Positions 21,102 through 32,513 are shown, counted from the first letter of the stretch. The stretch: DNA of 64,000 nt from Nitrosopumilus sp. (GCA_965205425.1 CBDBGZ010000004.1:1-64000); one strand, 5' to 3'. Notes: a model not told the origin generated them from the letters alone. Made by a program: numbers and translations.

Positions 21102-22059
21102 CCAAAAATGTTTTCTTAAATAATTGAAAAGAATCTAATGTTTTTCCAATAGGGTTAAATTGTAAAATAGGTTGATCTATTCCAATCTTTATAAAATTTT
21201 CAAGTTGTTGTTTACATTGTTCAGACGTACCACATATAGCCAGTGATTGTAACATTGAATCTGTAACTAATTCATGATTTGATTTGAATCCTGATTTTTT
21301 AAATTCTTCAAAAATATTTTCTGTTTCAGGGGAATATCCATTTTTTGCCAAAAATTCACGATATATTTCACCTACTGAAACATAGAATGCAATTGTTTTT
21401 TTAGCTCTTTGAATTGCTTCTTCTGAATTTTCTGAAACACATGTTATTAATTGACATGAAACATCAATTTTTTTCTTTGATTGCATTTTGGATATAGTTT
21501 CTTTCATTTCTTTTAGGGGTCTAAGATAGAAAATAACTCCATCTCCAACATTCCAAGCTAAATCTACCATTTTTTTATTTATTGCTGCAACATAAATTGG
21601 AATTTGATTTCTTTGTGGTTTTATTAATAATGTAAAATTATTTAGTTTGAAAATTTCTCCATCATAATTGATTTGTTTTTCTGATAATGCAAGACGAATT
21701 ATTTCCACACATTCCTTCATTCTCTGAACTGGTTTTTCAAATTTAGTGCCATGAAATGATTCAACAATTGGAATGCTACTGGTACCCAATCCCAAAATTA
21801 ATCGTCCATTAGATAATGTATCTACTGTTGCAGCTCCCATTGCAATTGTTGATGGGCTTCTAGAATAGATGTTGATAATAGACGAGCCTATTTTTTGAGC
21901 ACTAGTTTTTGCAGATACTACCCCCAACATTGAAAAGTTCTCCATTCCCCATGTTTCAGGCACCCAAATGGTGTCCGTTTTTGTCTTTGAGATGATTTCT
22001 GAGCACTGTAACACTTCATCTATTGAAAGTAATGATCCTAAACTACATGCTATACGCAT
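21094..22059 (-). CDS. LLM-class (luciferase-like, probably F420-dependent) oxidoreductase
   Basis: WVPE, RSP..IAMGAATVDTLSNGRLILGLG. Confidence 0.88.
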   Translation of the reverse strand: MRIACSLGSLLSIDEVLQCSEIISKTKTDTIWVPETWGMENFSMLGVVSAKTSAQKIGSSIINIYSRSPSTIAMGAATVDTLSNGRLILGLGTSSIPIVESFHGTKFEKPVQRMKECVEIIRLALSEKQINYDGEIFKLNNFTLLIKPQRNQIPIYVAAINKKMVDLAWNVGDGVIFYLRPLKEMKETISKMQSKKKIDVSCQLITCVSENSEEAIQRAKKTIAFYVSVGEIYREFLAKNGYSPETENIFEEFKKSGFKSNHELVTDSMLQSLAICGTSEQCKQQLENFIKIGIDQPILQFNPIGKTLDSFQLFKKTFLGE

Positions 22060-22155
22060 GAATTTAGTATGACTTTTGGATATTCTAGTGTATCTGTATT
22101 AGTCACAGTTTAGATGTTTTCTGTATTTTAATTTAGTTGATTTTGTGCCTAGATT

Positions 22156-22726
22156 TTATCGTTTTTTTAGATATTTTGACAGAATTTCATCGGCCATATC
22201 TGTCACATCAATCTCTTTTTTACCAGCTAAACTGCGCAATTTCCTTGCATTTCCTTTATTCAACTGTATTGTAACTTTTTGTTGGAGTAATCCTGCTCTG
22301 GCTCTTTTTAGTAATTTTAGATGTGATGACTTTGGAGATCTACTTAAAGCCTTGAGGTATTCCTTTCGTAGTTTCTGATCTAGCGGAATAATTTTCTCTG
22401 CAATGGATACAGCCTTTGGTACATTTGATACAATTTGATATAATCTAGTACAATCATCACGAGACAACTCTTTTGGAACAAATGTTCTTAGTTTGTCTGG
22501 AACTGCTGCAAATCCCAGATATTTTTTCAAGGTCTGAGATGAAATCCCTAATGACTTTGCAGATTTACTTTTGCCTATAGATTCACTCAAGAACACACAT
22601 GCTGCCGTCATATCTTTTGTGTTCATTTTATTTCTATGTAGATTCTCTACAACTGATGCTGCTTTTGCATCCTCTAAATCATATTTGGTACTATTTGTTA
22701 ACAGTAATACGGGTATCTTTTTTGCA
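22156..22726 (-). pseudogene. ParB-like paralog, 5'-truncated by an IS481-B end
   Basis: Near-identical to 49181-49751. Confidence 0.85.
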
Positions 22727-22890
22727 TGTTGTATCCCAAAATCAGTTCGTCCCTTATTTGACATCGTATTCTTCTCCTGTCTGCTCATCAATAACTCTTG
22801 TTCCTTTCTCTGGCATCTTTCTTGCATATGCCTTTGCAGGGGTCTCAAGATTATCCCAGTCAAGTGACATGTGTGGCTTTATGCTTTGTA
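22727..22890 (-). mobile_element. IS481-family element B, right-end fragment
   Basis: TGT terminus; reads IKPHMSLDWDNLETPAKAY, similar to the IS481-A C-terminus. Confidence 0.75.
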
Positions 22891-23021
22891 TAGCGAGAAG
22901 CATATGTTCATGAACTATTTTCAAGGTGTTTCAGATTGTTTATTCGTATTTACCTTAGGTAAAATCATCTAATCTCTAGTTTTTTGATGATTTTTAGTTC
23001 ACGAACTTTATCTTTTCGCTA
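22891..23021 (-). mobile_element. 131-bp MITE, copy 2
   Basis: Reverse complement of 8212-8342, TA-flanked. Confidence 0.9.
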
Positions 23022-23660
23022 TAGGTACGAATCTATTCTATAACTCTCCAATTTTCCAAGTGCACGTATGTGTTCTGAGGAAAATGGTGTTGCTTTGATA
23101 TGGATTCCCTCCTGTAGTGTAATACCATGTATGGAATTCTTCATCTTTACAATGATGCGCACAATCTTGTGTCGATGTCTTACAAGCTGTCTGTATTGCA
23201 CAATTGTGTGATCTGGCACAAATGATTCTGCAATGTATCCTCCTCGTAGCAAATTTGCAAGATGGTACGCATCAATTTTATCAGTCTTTTTGAGTGATGA
23301 TGCTATTATCTTTGTGTTGTATGGATTAGATAGTATAACATCAAGATGTAATTTGTCTGTCATGTGTCTATAAAGGCCATACCAGACAGATGATGACTCT
23401 AAAACATATTTTGCGTTCTTTGGAATTTTGGATGTAATTTTGCTAATAGCAGAAAAATCACTGGAAATCTTTTTGTTAAATAACAATTTGCCAATCTCAT
23501 CTACTGCTGCCACCTGTACAGAGTTCTTGTGAACATCCAATCCTACAAACATCAAATATTTTTTTTCAGGAAGGGTAGTGTGTTTGTTTGCATTTCTTAC
23601 TTTCTTGATACGAATGCAAGTACCATCTAATTTCCTAGCTGATTTTGGCACATATGGTTA
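23022..23660 (-). mobile_element. IS110-family element B, 5' half only
   Basis: VGLDVHK, LESSSVW, KTDKIDA; cut by the MITE. Confidence 0.88.
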
Positions 23661-23689
23661 TAGTTATTCAGAAATTATGAAAAATGTCC

Positions 23690-23842
23690 ATGGCAGAGAA
23701 AGTAAGTGAATTAAGATATCAAGAATTACTCAAAGAAAAAAAAGAATTAGAAATGAATAGACCACATGAGATTGATGCTATGCGAAGATGGAAGCATTCA
23801 ATGGGCAAAATTTTACAAGAATTAGAGCTTTACAACAAATAA
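23690..23842 (+). CDS. Small hypothetical protein (50 aa)
   Basis: MAEKVSELRYQELL...ELELYNK, fills the gap. Confidence 0.6.
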   Translation: MAEKVSELRYQELLKEKKELEMNRPHEIDAMRRWKHSMGKILQELELYNK

Positions 23843-23888
23843 GCATCAGTAACCCTTAGATCTAAATTCAAATGTACTACATTATTAA

Positions 23889-24398
23889 TTGAAAAGTATA
23901 TTGAAACCCTCAGATGTTTTTAGAAAGAGGAATCTTTCAAAAGTCAATTTTGAATATGAGGAATTGATTGGACGGGATTTTTCAGATTCCAATATGAAAG
24001 GAGTTAATCTAAAGAATAGAGATATCCATAATGCAGATTTGAGTTGTACGGATCTGAGTGGAGCAGATTTAAGTGGTGCAATTTTGTTCAACGTAAAAAT
24101 GAGGGGTGCAGATATGCAAGATGCAGATTTATCAAATGCAAAACTATGGGATGCGGATTTGTATGGAGCAGATATACAAGGTGCAGATATTCGAGGTGCA
24201 GATTTATTTTATGCAGATTTACGAAGTGTTGATTTGAGTGAAGCAAATCTAAGCGGAGTAAATATCAGACATACAAATTTTGAAGGAGCAATCTTAAAGA
24301 ATACAAATTTTTCTGATGCTAATTATGATTCACATACATTAGATACAATGTCTGAAGAAGGAAAAATAGAATTAAAAAAACAAGGCAAATCATGGTAA
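23889..24398 (+). CDS. Pentapeptide repeat protein
   Basis: Tandem A(D/N)Lxx repeats. Confidence 0.92.
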   Translation: MKSILKPSDVFRKRNLSKVNFEYEELIGRDFSDSNMKGVNLKNRDIHNADLSCTDLSGADLSGAILFNVKMRGADMQDADLSNAKLWDADLYGADIQGADIRGADLFYADLRSVDLSEANLSGVNIRHTNFEGAILKNTNFSDANYDSHTLDTMSEEGKIELKKQGKSW

Positions 24399-24431
24399 AA
24401 AAATGATTTTGTAAAAATAAAAAGAAAGGAA

Positions 24432-25127
24432 TTATTCCTCTATGTTTGAATCAGTGGCTAAAGCATCTACAATTGGAATTACAGATTCAACAGTGATTGG
24501 GCCATGTTGAAATAGCGTAATTCTCAAACCGTTTTCCATATTTTGAACTTTAGCAGTAGAGAAATCAAGTACAAAAGTACCAGGGGAATCAGCTACTGGG
24601 GCATAATGTCCTCTTAGAATAATTCTAAAAGTATCACCACCATCTAAAGTGCCTGTACCATGTAATCTAATTTTTCCATTTACTGCTTTGCCTTTCAATT
24701 CTAATGGAATATCAAGTCTATCACCAACAGAAATGTCTGCAGTTGATTTTACTTTCCAAACTCCATTATTTTGATGAACTGCCTTACCATCAAGTGCTAT
24801 ACTTGAAGGAAATGCTTGACCAGCAACAATTGCCCAGCCACTAGTTTTGCCATCAAATTTTACTTCGGCTTGTCTATCTGGAGATGCTACTGCTACATCT
24901 GAAAATAAATCAGTAGTTACTGATGAAACGCTAGTAGGGATAAAACCATTGTTTGCATCTTCTGCAAATACACTAGTTGCTCCTATTGAACCAAAAACAA
25001 GTACTGCTAGCACGGGAAGTGCAAATAGCAAAGAATGTTTTTTGCTGTTTTGTTTCATAGTGTGGGAAAATGAAAAATTGTACTTAAGGGACAAGCAGAA
25101 GTTATCAGTAGTAATTCTCTGTGTCAC
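24432..25127 (-). CDS. Secreted hypothetical protein (likely start at MKQNSKK)
   Basis: Signal peptide ending SVFA; beta-rich. Confidence 0.75.
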   Translation of the reverse strand: MTQRITTDNFCLSLKYNFSFSHTMKQNSKKHSLLFALPVLAVLVFGSIGATSVFAEDANNGFIPTSVSSVTTDLFSDVAVASPDRQAEVKFDGKTSGWAIVAGQAFPSSIALDGKAVHQNNGVWKVKSTADISVGDRLDIPLELKGKAVNGKIRLHGTGTLDGGDTFRIILRGHYAPVADSPGTFVLDFSTAKVQNMENGLRITLFQHGPITVESVIPIVDALATDSNIEE

Positions 25128-25170
25128 GAAATGAAGTGACAGTTTATTTCAAAACGAGCCTAAAATAAAA

Positions 25171-25512
25171 TCAAGATTGTTTTGATTTTCCTCGTAGTGC
25201 GATAACTGAACGTAAAATTAGACCAGAGATGCCCAAATTTGATGTAAGGAATTCACTTGCCCTCAAAAGGGATTTTTCTCCACGGAATCCTTCATCATAC
25301 ATCATTTCTACAGATCCTTCATCAGTCTCAACAAAAGATGTGATTAGAGAAAAAGTACCTAATTTTTCATCAGTTTGTTCTAAATAAAGTCGTAATTCTA
25401 CTTTAGAAATTTTGAATTCATCTTGAATGAAATTTCCAGATGAAAATAAGATCTCAACTTTGTCAGGAGTTCTATCTACGCGTTTAGGATCATGTAAATC
25501 TACAATATTCAT
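25171..25512 (-). CDS. Hypothetical protein
   Basis: 113-aa ORF. Confidence 0.7.
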   Translation of the reverse strand: MNIVDLHDPKRVDRTPDKVEILFSSGNFIQDEFKISKVELRLYLEQTDEKLGTFSLITSFVETDEGSVEMMYDEGFRGEKSLLRASEFLTSNLGISGLILRSVIALRGKSKQS

Positions 25513-25582
25513 TCTGTATTATTTGGAATTATTCCTAAATAAGTAATAATATCAGTACCGATTCTCAGGTAAAAGAGAATAA

Positions 25583-26887
25583 TTAATCTCGCGTTATTTT
25601 ATCAAACACACAAGTAGCTGTAAGATCACCTGTAACATTAACCATAGTTCTAATCATGTCCAAAATTCTATCTACAGAAATTAATAATAAAATTCCAACT
25701 GGAGGAATACCAACCGTTATGAGTATTGTAGATAAGACAATTACACCAGCTCCAGGTACTGCAGGAGTTCCAATAGAAGCCAAAAGTGAAGTTATGATTA
25801 TTACTAATATGGATATCATACTCAATTCAATTGAAAAGAGCTGTGCCAAAAAGAAGACAGCTATTACCTGATACAAAGCAGTGCCATCCATATTCACAGT
25901 AGTTCCAAGTGGAATTACAAATTTTGAAACTTTTGTATCTACCTTAAGATCTTCTTCTGCAGTCTTTAATGTAACCGGCATTGTTGCCATTGAACTGGCT
26001 GTTGAAAAAGCCAAAGTTTGAGGATTACGGAATTTTAAAAATGTGGAAGATATCGGTCTTTTTGCTACAAACTTTAAGATCAATGAGTATACTAGCAACA
26101 TGATTCCAAGACCCAGAACTACTGTTCCCATGTATACTCCCAATCCAGCCATTGTTTCTATTCCAACTTTGGCAACCATACCTACTATCAAACCAAAAAC
26201 TGCAAACGGTACAATCTTCATGGAAGTAAGTAGAATGTATAATGTAATTTTTTGAATTGATTCTAATACCTCTAGTAAAGGTTTGACTGATTCTTTTGGA
26301 AGAACCGCCATTGACAGACCAACAATGAGTGCCATTATCAAAATACTGAACATCTGTCCTTCAAGATAAGAAGCAATTGGATTTCTTGGAATAATATCTG
26401 ATACTGCATTTGGAATATCATCTAATGTGAAGGCATCTGTAACTTTCAAATCATCTTCAGAAAGGTCATGGGTTTCTTGGAGTACAGTAAGGTCTAAAAT
26501 ACTTCCTGGAGCTATAATTGATGCCAGAGATACGGCTACAAGTATTGCAATTGTTGTAGTAATTACAAAATAAATTCCAATACCAAGTCCCAGAGTTTTA
26601 AGTTTATCTTGTCCTCCTAAATTAGTAATAGCTACTACAATTGATGTAAAAATTAACGGAACAATAATCATCATAATTATACTCAAAAATATGTTGGCTG
26701 GGATTTTGAGATACGATGATAAAGAATCTAAAGCATCATCATTTAGGTCAACACCACCATCATCTCCTAAAATCAATCCTACTCCTAGCCCTACAATTAA
26801 AGAAATTACAACTTGTAGCCACAAATTTTTAAAAATATAATTTTTAAACGTCATTTGATACATTCTTTGATTTCCAGCATCTATCAA
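25583..26887 (-). CDS. Dicarboxylate/amino acid:cation symporter (GltP/DAACS family)
   Basis: AFSTASS, PLGTTVNMDG, DRILDMIRTMVNVTGD. Confidence 0.95.
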   Translation of the reverse strand: MIDAGNQRMYQMTFKNYIFKNLWLQVVISLIVGLGVGLILGDDGGVDLNDDALDSLSSYLKIPANIFLSIIMMIIVPLIFTSIVVAITNLGGQDKLKTLGLGIGIYFVITTTIAILVAVSLASIIAPGSILDLTVLQETHDLSEDDLKVTDAFTLDDIPNAVSDIIPRNPIASYLEGQMFSILIMALIVGLSMAVLPKESVKPLLEVLESIQKITLYILLTSMKIVPFAVFGLIVGMVAKVGIETMAGLGVYMGTVVLGLGIMLLVYSLILKFVAKRPISSTFLKFRNPQTLAFSTASSMATMPVTLKTAEEDLKVDTKVSKFVIPLGTTVNMDGTALYQVIAVFFLAQLFSIELSMISILVIIITSLLASIGTPAVPGAGVIVLSTILITVGIPPVGILLLISVDRILDMIRTMVNVTGDLTATCVFDKITRD

Positions 26888-26932
26888 AAAGGATTCGATA
26901 GTATTATTTACTAAAAAATTAGTTTTTCAAAC

Positions 26933-28012
26933 ATGGATCCACATGAATTTCATGGTAAAGATATTCCCCACATAAAATTAGACCCAAAAATGACTATAGG
27001 AGATTTAGTTAATGTATTTGCAAATTCAGGATTCAACGGAAGACAACTTGGAGATGCAGCAAAACTTTATGCAAAAATGATTGAAGAAGATGCAACAATT
27101 TGTCTTACAGTTGCAGGTGCAATGACCCCAGTAGGGTTTGGAGGCATAATTAAAACACTCATAGAAAAAGGATTTGTGGATTGGATTGTAACAACAGGTG
27201 CCAACGTATATCACGAAGATCATTTTGCATGGGGATTACCAGTCAAACAAGGAAGTTTCAATGTAGATGATATGAAATTGTATGAAAATGAAATTGTTAG
27301 AATCAGAGATGTTTATATTAAATTTCACGAGACATTAGAAGCACAAGATGAATTAGTTCAAAAAATATTTGGGGAAGATTTTCCAGACAAGCCATTTACA
27401 ACTGCAGAATTTTGCAACCTAATGGGAAAATTAAGTAAAGAAAAATCAAAGCATCCTGAAAAAAGTTTCATTACAACTGCATATGATTATGATGTTCCAG
27501 TATACATTTCAACTATGAAAGATTCATCACTTGCACTAAATTTAGTAGTTCATAGATTACAAGATAAGACTTACAATTTGGACTTTGTACGTGAGATTAT
27601 AGAACAAGCCGCAATTCTATACGGTTCAAAAAAATCAGGGATTTTGGAATTAGGTGGAGGTGTTCCAAAAAACACAGCACAACAAACAGGTCCACTATTA
27701 GATCAGATATTGAAACGAGAGGATGGAGGACAAGATTACATTATCCAAATTACAGATGCACGTCCAGATACGGGAGGGTTATCAGGGGCAACATTACAAG
27801 AAGGTAAGAGTTGGGGTAAAGTTCAAGATGCCCATAATGGAATGGTTACAGTTTATGCAGATGCGACAATAGCATTTCCAATTCTTGCATTATACGTTCT
27901 AAGTAATCAAAAAACAAGAAAACCAAAAAGACTGTATAAAAAACTAAATGAATTATACACAAATCTTAGTGAAGATTATTTTAAGAACCCAGATAACAAA
28001 AAGAAAAACTAA
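26933..28012 (+). CDS. Deoxyhypusine synthase family protein
   Basis: TTGAN, LGGGVPKN, DTGGLSGATLQEGKSWGK. Confidence 0.92.
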   Translation: MDPHEFHGKDIPHIKLDPKMTIGDLVNVFANSGFNGRQLGDAAKLYAKMIEEDATICLTVAGAMTPVGFGGIIKTLIEKGFVDWIVTTGANVYHEDHFAWGLPVKQGSFNVDDMKLYENEIVRIRDVYIKFHETLEAQDELVQKIFGEDFPDKPFTTAEFCNLMGKLSKEKSKHPEKSFITTAYDYDVPVYISTMKDSSLALNLVVHRLQDKTYNLDFVREIIEQAAILYGSKKSGILELGGGVPKNTAQQTGPLLDQILKREDGGQDYIIQITDARPDTGGLSGATLQEGKSWGKVQDAHNGMVTVYADATIAFPILALYVLSNQKTRKPKRLYKKLNELYTNLSEDYFKNPDNKKKN

Positions 28013-28221
28013 AACTTGTCAAATCGTGCACGTTCAAGATCACGATCATCTTTAGATTCCTTCTTGTATTCTTTGTAATGTTCCTTACAAAGAACTGTTT
28101 TTTTACCAGTTGAATTTACTCGCAAACCAGCATTTTCAACTTTGGCAGTATTAAGAGAACGTGCACCATCTTGATCACAGCCTTCAAAATTACATTTTGC
28201 GCCTTTGGATACTATTCCCAT
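28009..28221 (-). CDS. Small zinc-binding hypothetical protein
   Basis: CNFEGC...LCKEH. Confidence 0.75.
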   Translation of the reverse strand: MGIVSKGAKCNFEGCDQDGARSLNTAKVENAGLRVNSTGKKTVLCKEHYKEYKKESKDDRDLERARFDKF

Positions 28222-28345
28222 ATAGAATAGTAATCAAGATGTTATTTATATTTGAGAATATTTTTGAGACTTTTCAATTATTTTCTAAATGATATTAAAA
28301 AAGATAGATTCATCGTTTATAAGAGGAATATTTTTTTCTTATCTT

Positions 28346-28654
28346 ATGGGTGGAGGAAAGAAACCAACAACTACAAACAAAGACAAATCAGCAGGTTCCA
28401 AAGATACCAAGAAAAAGAAAGACAAAGGCGAAGGTGGACCAAAGAAAGCTGAAATTGTTGTTAAGGTAAATGAAGCTCAAGCTTTGAAAATTATTCAAAA
28501 TTCCAAAGTTGTTACAGTTCAAGATCTTGCAAGACAAACAGGAGTAAAAATCTCTGCAGCAAATGCATTTCTTAAAGAATCTACCACTAAAGGAATTGTG
28601 AAAAAAGTTGGCGGCTATTCAGGCCATCATTTGTATCAATCAATTTCTTCATAG
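28346..28654 (+). CDS. rps25e: 30S ribosomal protein eS25-like
   Basis: Basic MGGGKK N-terminus plus wHTH VT..DLA...VKISAA. Confidence 0.75.
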   Translation: MGGGKKPTTTNKDKSAGSKDTKKKKDKGEGGPKKAEIVVKVNEAQALKIIQNSKVVTVQDLARQTGVKISAANAFLKESTTKGIVKKVGGYSGHHLYQSISS

Positions 28655-29022
28655 ATAGAAAACACATCACCAGATTTAACATCCTTTAATGCATCAACAT
28701 TATCAGTTAATTTTCCTATGGGAGTCATTGCTTTTGCAAAAATTGCATCATTTAGAAAAAAACATAGACTTCCAGATGAGGGCAAATATGCAACATCGTC
28801 TTTTTTAAATTCAGTTCTAGATCTTTCAATTCCAGAATTAACACTTGTTTCAAAATACAAAATACTTTTTCCAAGCAAATGAGCATGTCCTTCCAAAGGC
28901 AAAGATCTCATTATAGTTCCGACAGTCCTTGGAGAAAGATGTCGTTTAAGATCACATGAAATTTTTGCCTTACCTCGAATTTCTAAAATTAGTTGTTTTC
29001 TGGAGACTGAAGAGGTACTCAA
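28636..29022 (-). CDS. Cyclophilin-like fold protein
   Basis: SPRTV..I..SLP, DVAYLP...LCFF, MTPIGK; TTG start at 29022. Confidence 0.75.
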   Translation of the reverse strand: MSTSSVSRKQLILEIRGKAKISCDLKRHLSPRTVGTIMRSLPLEGHAHLLGKSILYFETSVNSGIERSRTEFKKDDVAYLPSSGSLCFFLNDAIFAKAMTPIGKLTDNVDALKDVKSGDVFSIYEEID

Positions 29023-29035
29023 TTCGTACTGTAAA

Positions 29036-29569
29036 ATGGTTAGATTATATAACGTTTTAAGGAAATTTTTGTACTTGGCCAATGTTAAAGAACCTGAATT
29101 AATTGAAGCACCTCCAGCTGAAGAAGAACTAGAAGCAGAGGTCGAAGAAAACGCAGGATTGAACAAGGCATTAGATACGTATCGAAAACTAATTGATAGA
29201 AAAGATCTTGTGGAACCACTAACTGAAAAAGAACAAGATAATCTTGAAAAAAGAATCAAAGAAATTGAAAATAGAGAAGTAGTTGAAAAAATCGAAGAAC
29301 ATGATCCAGTAGAAATTCCATGTGAAAAAAATAAAATTACAATTGGTCCCCCTACCTTGACAAGATTCGAAAAAGCAAGAATAATGGGAGCAAGAGCATT
29401 ACAATTATCATTAGGCGCACCACCATTCATTCCAATTCCAAAAACGGCAAGAATCTCATTAGATATTTCAATGGAAGAACTAGATGAAAGAGTAATTCCG
29501 ATTACAATTAGAAGAGTACTACCAAACGGGGATTATCAAAACATACCAATTGATTACTTTGAAAAGTGA
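29036..29569 (+). CDS. rpoK: RNA polymerase subunit K (Rpo6) with N-terminal extension
   Basis: LTRFEKARIMGARALQLSLGAP..IPITIRRVLPNG. Confidence 0.93.
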   Translation: MVRLYNVLRKFLYLANVKEPELIEAPPAEEELEAEVEENAGLNKALDTYRKLIDRKDLVEPLTEKEQDNLEKRIKEIENREVVEKIEEHDPVEIPCEKNKITIGPPTLTRFEKARIMGARALQLSLGAPPFIPIPKTARISLDISMEELDERVIPITIRRVLPNGDYQNIPIDYFEK

Positions 29570-29620
29570 ATCAATGGTCGATAAAACTTAAAAGAACATA
29601 AAATTTCTAAATATTGAATA

Positions 29621-29932
29621 ATGCTCATGGAAGAATCATCTGAACTGAGTGGTCAAGAGCAGACCGAAAAGTCTGAAGCCACAATACAAATTGGAAACTA
29701 TCCTGTTATGGAATCTGCTCTCGAGGTATTGACAATTTTAGGAAACAAAAAGAAAATTATTTTAAAATCAAAGGGCAACTCAATTCCAAATGCAGTTGCA
29801 GTAGCCAATATAATTACGGAGAAAATGCTCAAAGGTAATTTAAAAGTTCAGAAAATTAATTTAGATACGGTAGATGCAGCAGGAATTGGGGATATGACAT
29901 CTACAATTGAAATTATTTTAATTAAAATTTAG
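29621..29932 (+). CDS. Alba-like nucleic-acid-binding protein
   Basis: IQIG, LKSKGNSIPNAVAVA, STIEIIL. Confidence 0.8.
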   Translation: MLMEESSELSGQEQTEKSEATIQIGNYPVMESALEVLTILGNKKKIILKSKGNSIPNAVAVANIITEKMLKGNLKVQKINLDTVDAAGIGDMTSTIEIILIKI

Positions 29933-30345
29933 TAAACACTACCAGGGCCTTTGAGAAGCATATTTTCACATTCTTTACATACTTGTTCATCAATATTAGA
30001 TTCTAAATTGTGATGTATCTCACAAATTAACAAACTTGATTTGATATAATTACAAAGTCCTATGAATTTGGAAAGACTGGATGGGGTGTATGCCATATCA
30101 GAAGAAAGACTATCACTTAATTCATCAATCATTGTTGCAACTTGTTTTTCTGCTAAAAGTTTTGCAATCAAAGAAGGATCACCACGAGTTCCACGAATAT
30201 AATTACTAATTGCAGCTTGTGTTACTCCAAGCATTTTAGAAATTTCATCTTCTCGAATATTGTGATCTTCTGCAAGCTTTTTGGCAAGAATAGCTCGTAA
30301 TGCAGGAATCAATGTTTTAGATTCTATTTCAGCAGGAAGCAGCAT
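29929..30345 (-). CDS. HTH transcriptional regulator
   Basis: IPALRA..EISKMLGVTQAAISNY..GTRG. Confidence 0.85.
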   Translation of the reverse strand: MLLPAEIESKTLIPALRAILAKKLAEDHNIREDEISKMLGVTQAAISNYIRGTRGDPSLIAKLLAEKQVATMIDELSDSLSSDMAYTPSSLSKFIGLCNYIKSSLLICEIHHNLESNIDEQVCKECENMLLKGPGSVY

Positions 30346-30444
30346 TACCCCTCAAGAATTTGATAAAGGATTTAAAGTTTGCAATAAGACCAAAGATATC
30401 TCAAGAGTCTTGTTAGGCATAGCTATTTTAATTTCAAAATTATA

Positions 30445-31398
30445 TTGAGGTCGTTGGAAAAATTTTCTCAAAATCTTTACAATACTTTAGAAGAATCATG
30501 TGGAGAATGTAATTCAAATTTAATTTCATTATCGGGAGGACTAGATAGTTCCATAATAGCATATTTTCTGAAACAAAGAAAACTAAATACAGTTGCAGTG
30601 ATTGCATCAGATTTTGTATCGACTGATTTGACTTATTGTCAAATGGTTTCAAAAGAGATGAAATTACCATTAACAATTTACAATGTTAAAACGGAAATAA
30701 TTCTTGAAGCAATAGAAGAAACAATAAAAATATTAAAAAATTTTAACGATATTGAAATCCGTAACAATGTTGTCATGTATTTGGCAATAAAATGGGCAAA
30801 AGATAAAGGCGAAAAATCAATCATTACAGGAGATGGGGCTGATGAATTATTTGCAGGATATAATTTCCTTATAAACAAATCAGAAGGAGAGTTAGAAAAA
30901 GAGATTAAACGAATATGCTCAGTTATGCATTTTCCAACACAAAAGATTGGCGATGCATTAGGGATTACTATAGAATCCCCATTTTTAAATGAAAAAGTGA
31001 TAAAACTTGCAAATGAAATCCCAGAAAATTTCAAAATCAAAGAAGAAGATGGCAAAAGATATGGAAAATGGATTTTACGTAAAACATTTGAAAAAAATAT
31101 TCCACGACAAATTACATGGAGAAATAAATCTCCAATGCAAGAAGGATCTGGGACTACAGGATTAACTAATTTGTTTGATTCAATTATAGGCGAAGAACAA
31201 TTTGTCGAGAAAAAATTAACTGTTGAAAAAATGGATAATGTTGTGATTAGAAGTAGAGAATCAATGTACTATTACGAAATTTTTAAAAAATTGCATGGAT
31301 CTCCGATTGATTCTAAATCAGATGAGACATGCCCATATTGTAAACATCATGTTGGAAAATCTAAATTTTGTAGAATGTGCGGAGCATTTCCAATCTAA
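30445..31398 (+). CDS. Asparagine synthase C-terminal-domain protein with C-terminal Zn ribbon
   Basis: LSGGLDSS, TGDGADELFAGY, CPYC..CRMC. Confidence 0.85.
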   Translation: MRSLEKFSQNLYNTLEESCGECNSNLISLSGGLDSSIIAYFLKQRKLNTVAVIASDFVSTDLTYCQMVSKEMKLPLTIYNVKTEIILEAIEETIKILKNFNDIEIRNNVVMYLAIKWAKDKGEKSIITGDGADELFAGYNFLINKSEGELEKEIKRICSVMHFPTQKIGDALGITIESPFLNEKVIKLANEIPENFKIKEEDGKRYGKWILRKTFEKNIPRQITWRNKSPMQEGSGTTGLTNLFDSIIGEEQFVEKKLTVEKMDNVVIRSRESMYYYEIFKKLHGSPIDSKSDETCPYCKHHVGKSKFCRMCGAFPI

Positions 31399-31407
31399 AT
31401 ATTATTT

Positions 31408-31426
31408 GGTGATTGTAAACCTATTA
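31408..31426 (+). mobile_element. IS1595 left-end stub
   Basis: GGTGATTGTAAACCTATTA identical to 4527-4545. Confidence 0.75.
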
Positions 31427-32513
31427 TAGCGAAAAGATAAAGTTCGTGAACTAAATTATTCCAAAACAAAAAACTTTTTGATCACTATGTATGGTAAAAT
31501 TTGATGAACAAGTTAGAATCACTTGAAAGCAGCATACAAAAAAGAAAACTCCAAGGTTGCAGCAAGGATGCTTGCAGTGTTGATGATTCTAAAGGATGGA
31601 AAGGACATACAGTGCACTGCAAAGACATTACACCACTGCACAAGCTGGGTGAGAAAATGGACGAGTCGTTTTGAGATAGATGGCCTCTACGACCACCCAA
31701 GAAGTGGCAGGCCAAGAACAATCTCCCAGACTCGAATGGATGCTTATCATGTCAAAAGCAATGCTAACTTTGTTTACCCCCATAATGTTGCAACAAAGTA
31801 TCTTTTATTCCACTGGAGTAAAATTTCACATAACCCACATCAGAAAGATAATGCACCAATACGGCATGTCTGCAAAAACTGCACAAAAATATCACATCAA
31901 CCATGCAAGTATATCTGCTGTGAGAAGCTGGCAACAACGCATCAAAAAGAGAATTTCACGCCTAAAAAAGAAAGGATTTGTAATTGCAATGGCTGATGAA
32001 GCATTCTTTGTAAGGGATACAAAAACAGGAAAAAAGTACTGGTCACCAGTTGCCAAGAGAATATTTCTTCCATATACAGGACGACATGAGAGTCTGGCAG
32101 TGTATGGTACAATTACAGAAAATGGTAATCAACTATTCAGAGTTTATGACAAATTCAACGCTGTAACATTTGTAGAGTACCTAAAGGAATTGCATCAGAA
32201 ATGTGGCAAGATTGCAATCATTTTAGATAGAGCATCAGTTCACAAATCAAAGAAGGTAAAGGAATACCTTGCAAACAATAGAGATGTCAAACTAATCTGG
32301 TTGCCAAAGGGATCACCATACTTGAAGAACATGATAGAGCAGTGCTGGAAGATAAGCAAGTATGCATTGTTGGTTTCAGAGTATTATGCAATGTTTACGA
32401 TGATGAATGATGCAGTGTCAAAATATTTCAGAGTGACAAAATTCAAGCTTGATGTTGCAAATTATATCTTTAGAAATCCTGCAAAGATGTTTGCGAACTT
32501 TTGATCGTCGCTA
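31427..32513 (+). mobile_element. IS630-family element B, frameshifted; putative parent family of the MITE
   Basis: IRs TAGCGA..AAAGTTCG, TA flanks; RSGRP, MADE, LDRASVH, IEQCW. Confidence 0.9.

Noticed and set aside
22727..22863. Novel N-terminus of the 235-aa ORF 22156-22863
   Set aside because: Off-frame read-through of an IS481 end fused to the parB fragment
23980..24320. GCAGAT-type tandem DNA repeats as CRISPR or VNTR
   Set aside because: 15-nt periodicity of pentapeptide-repeat coding; no CRISPR array or cas genes seen in the window
29023..29430. N-terminal half of the 264-aa ORF 28636-29430
   Set aside because: Antisense shadow of rpoK; the real gene starts near 29022
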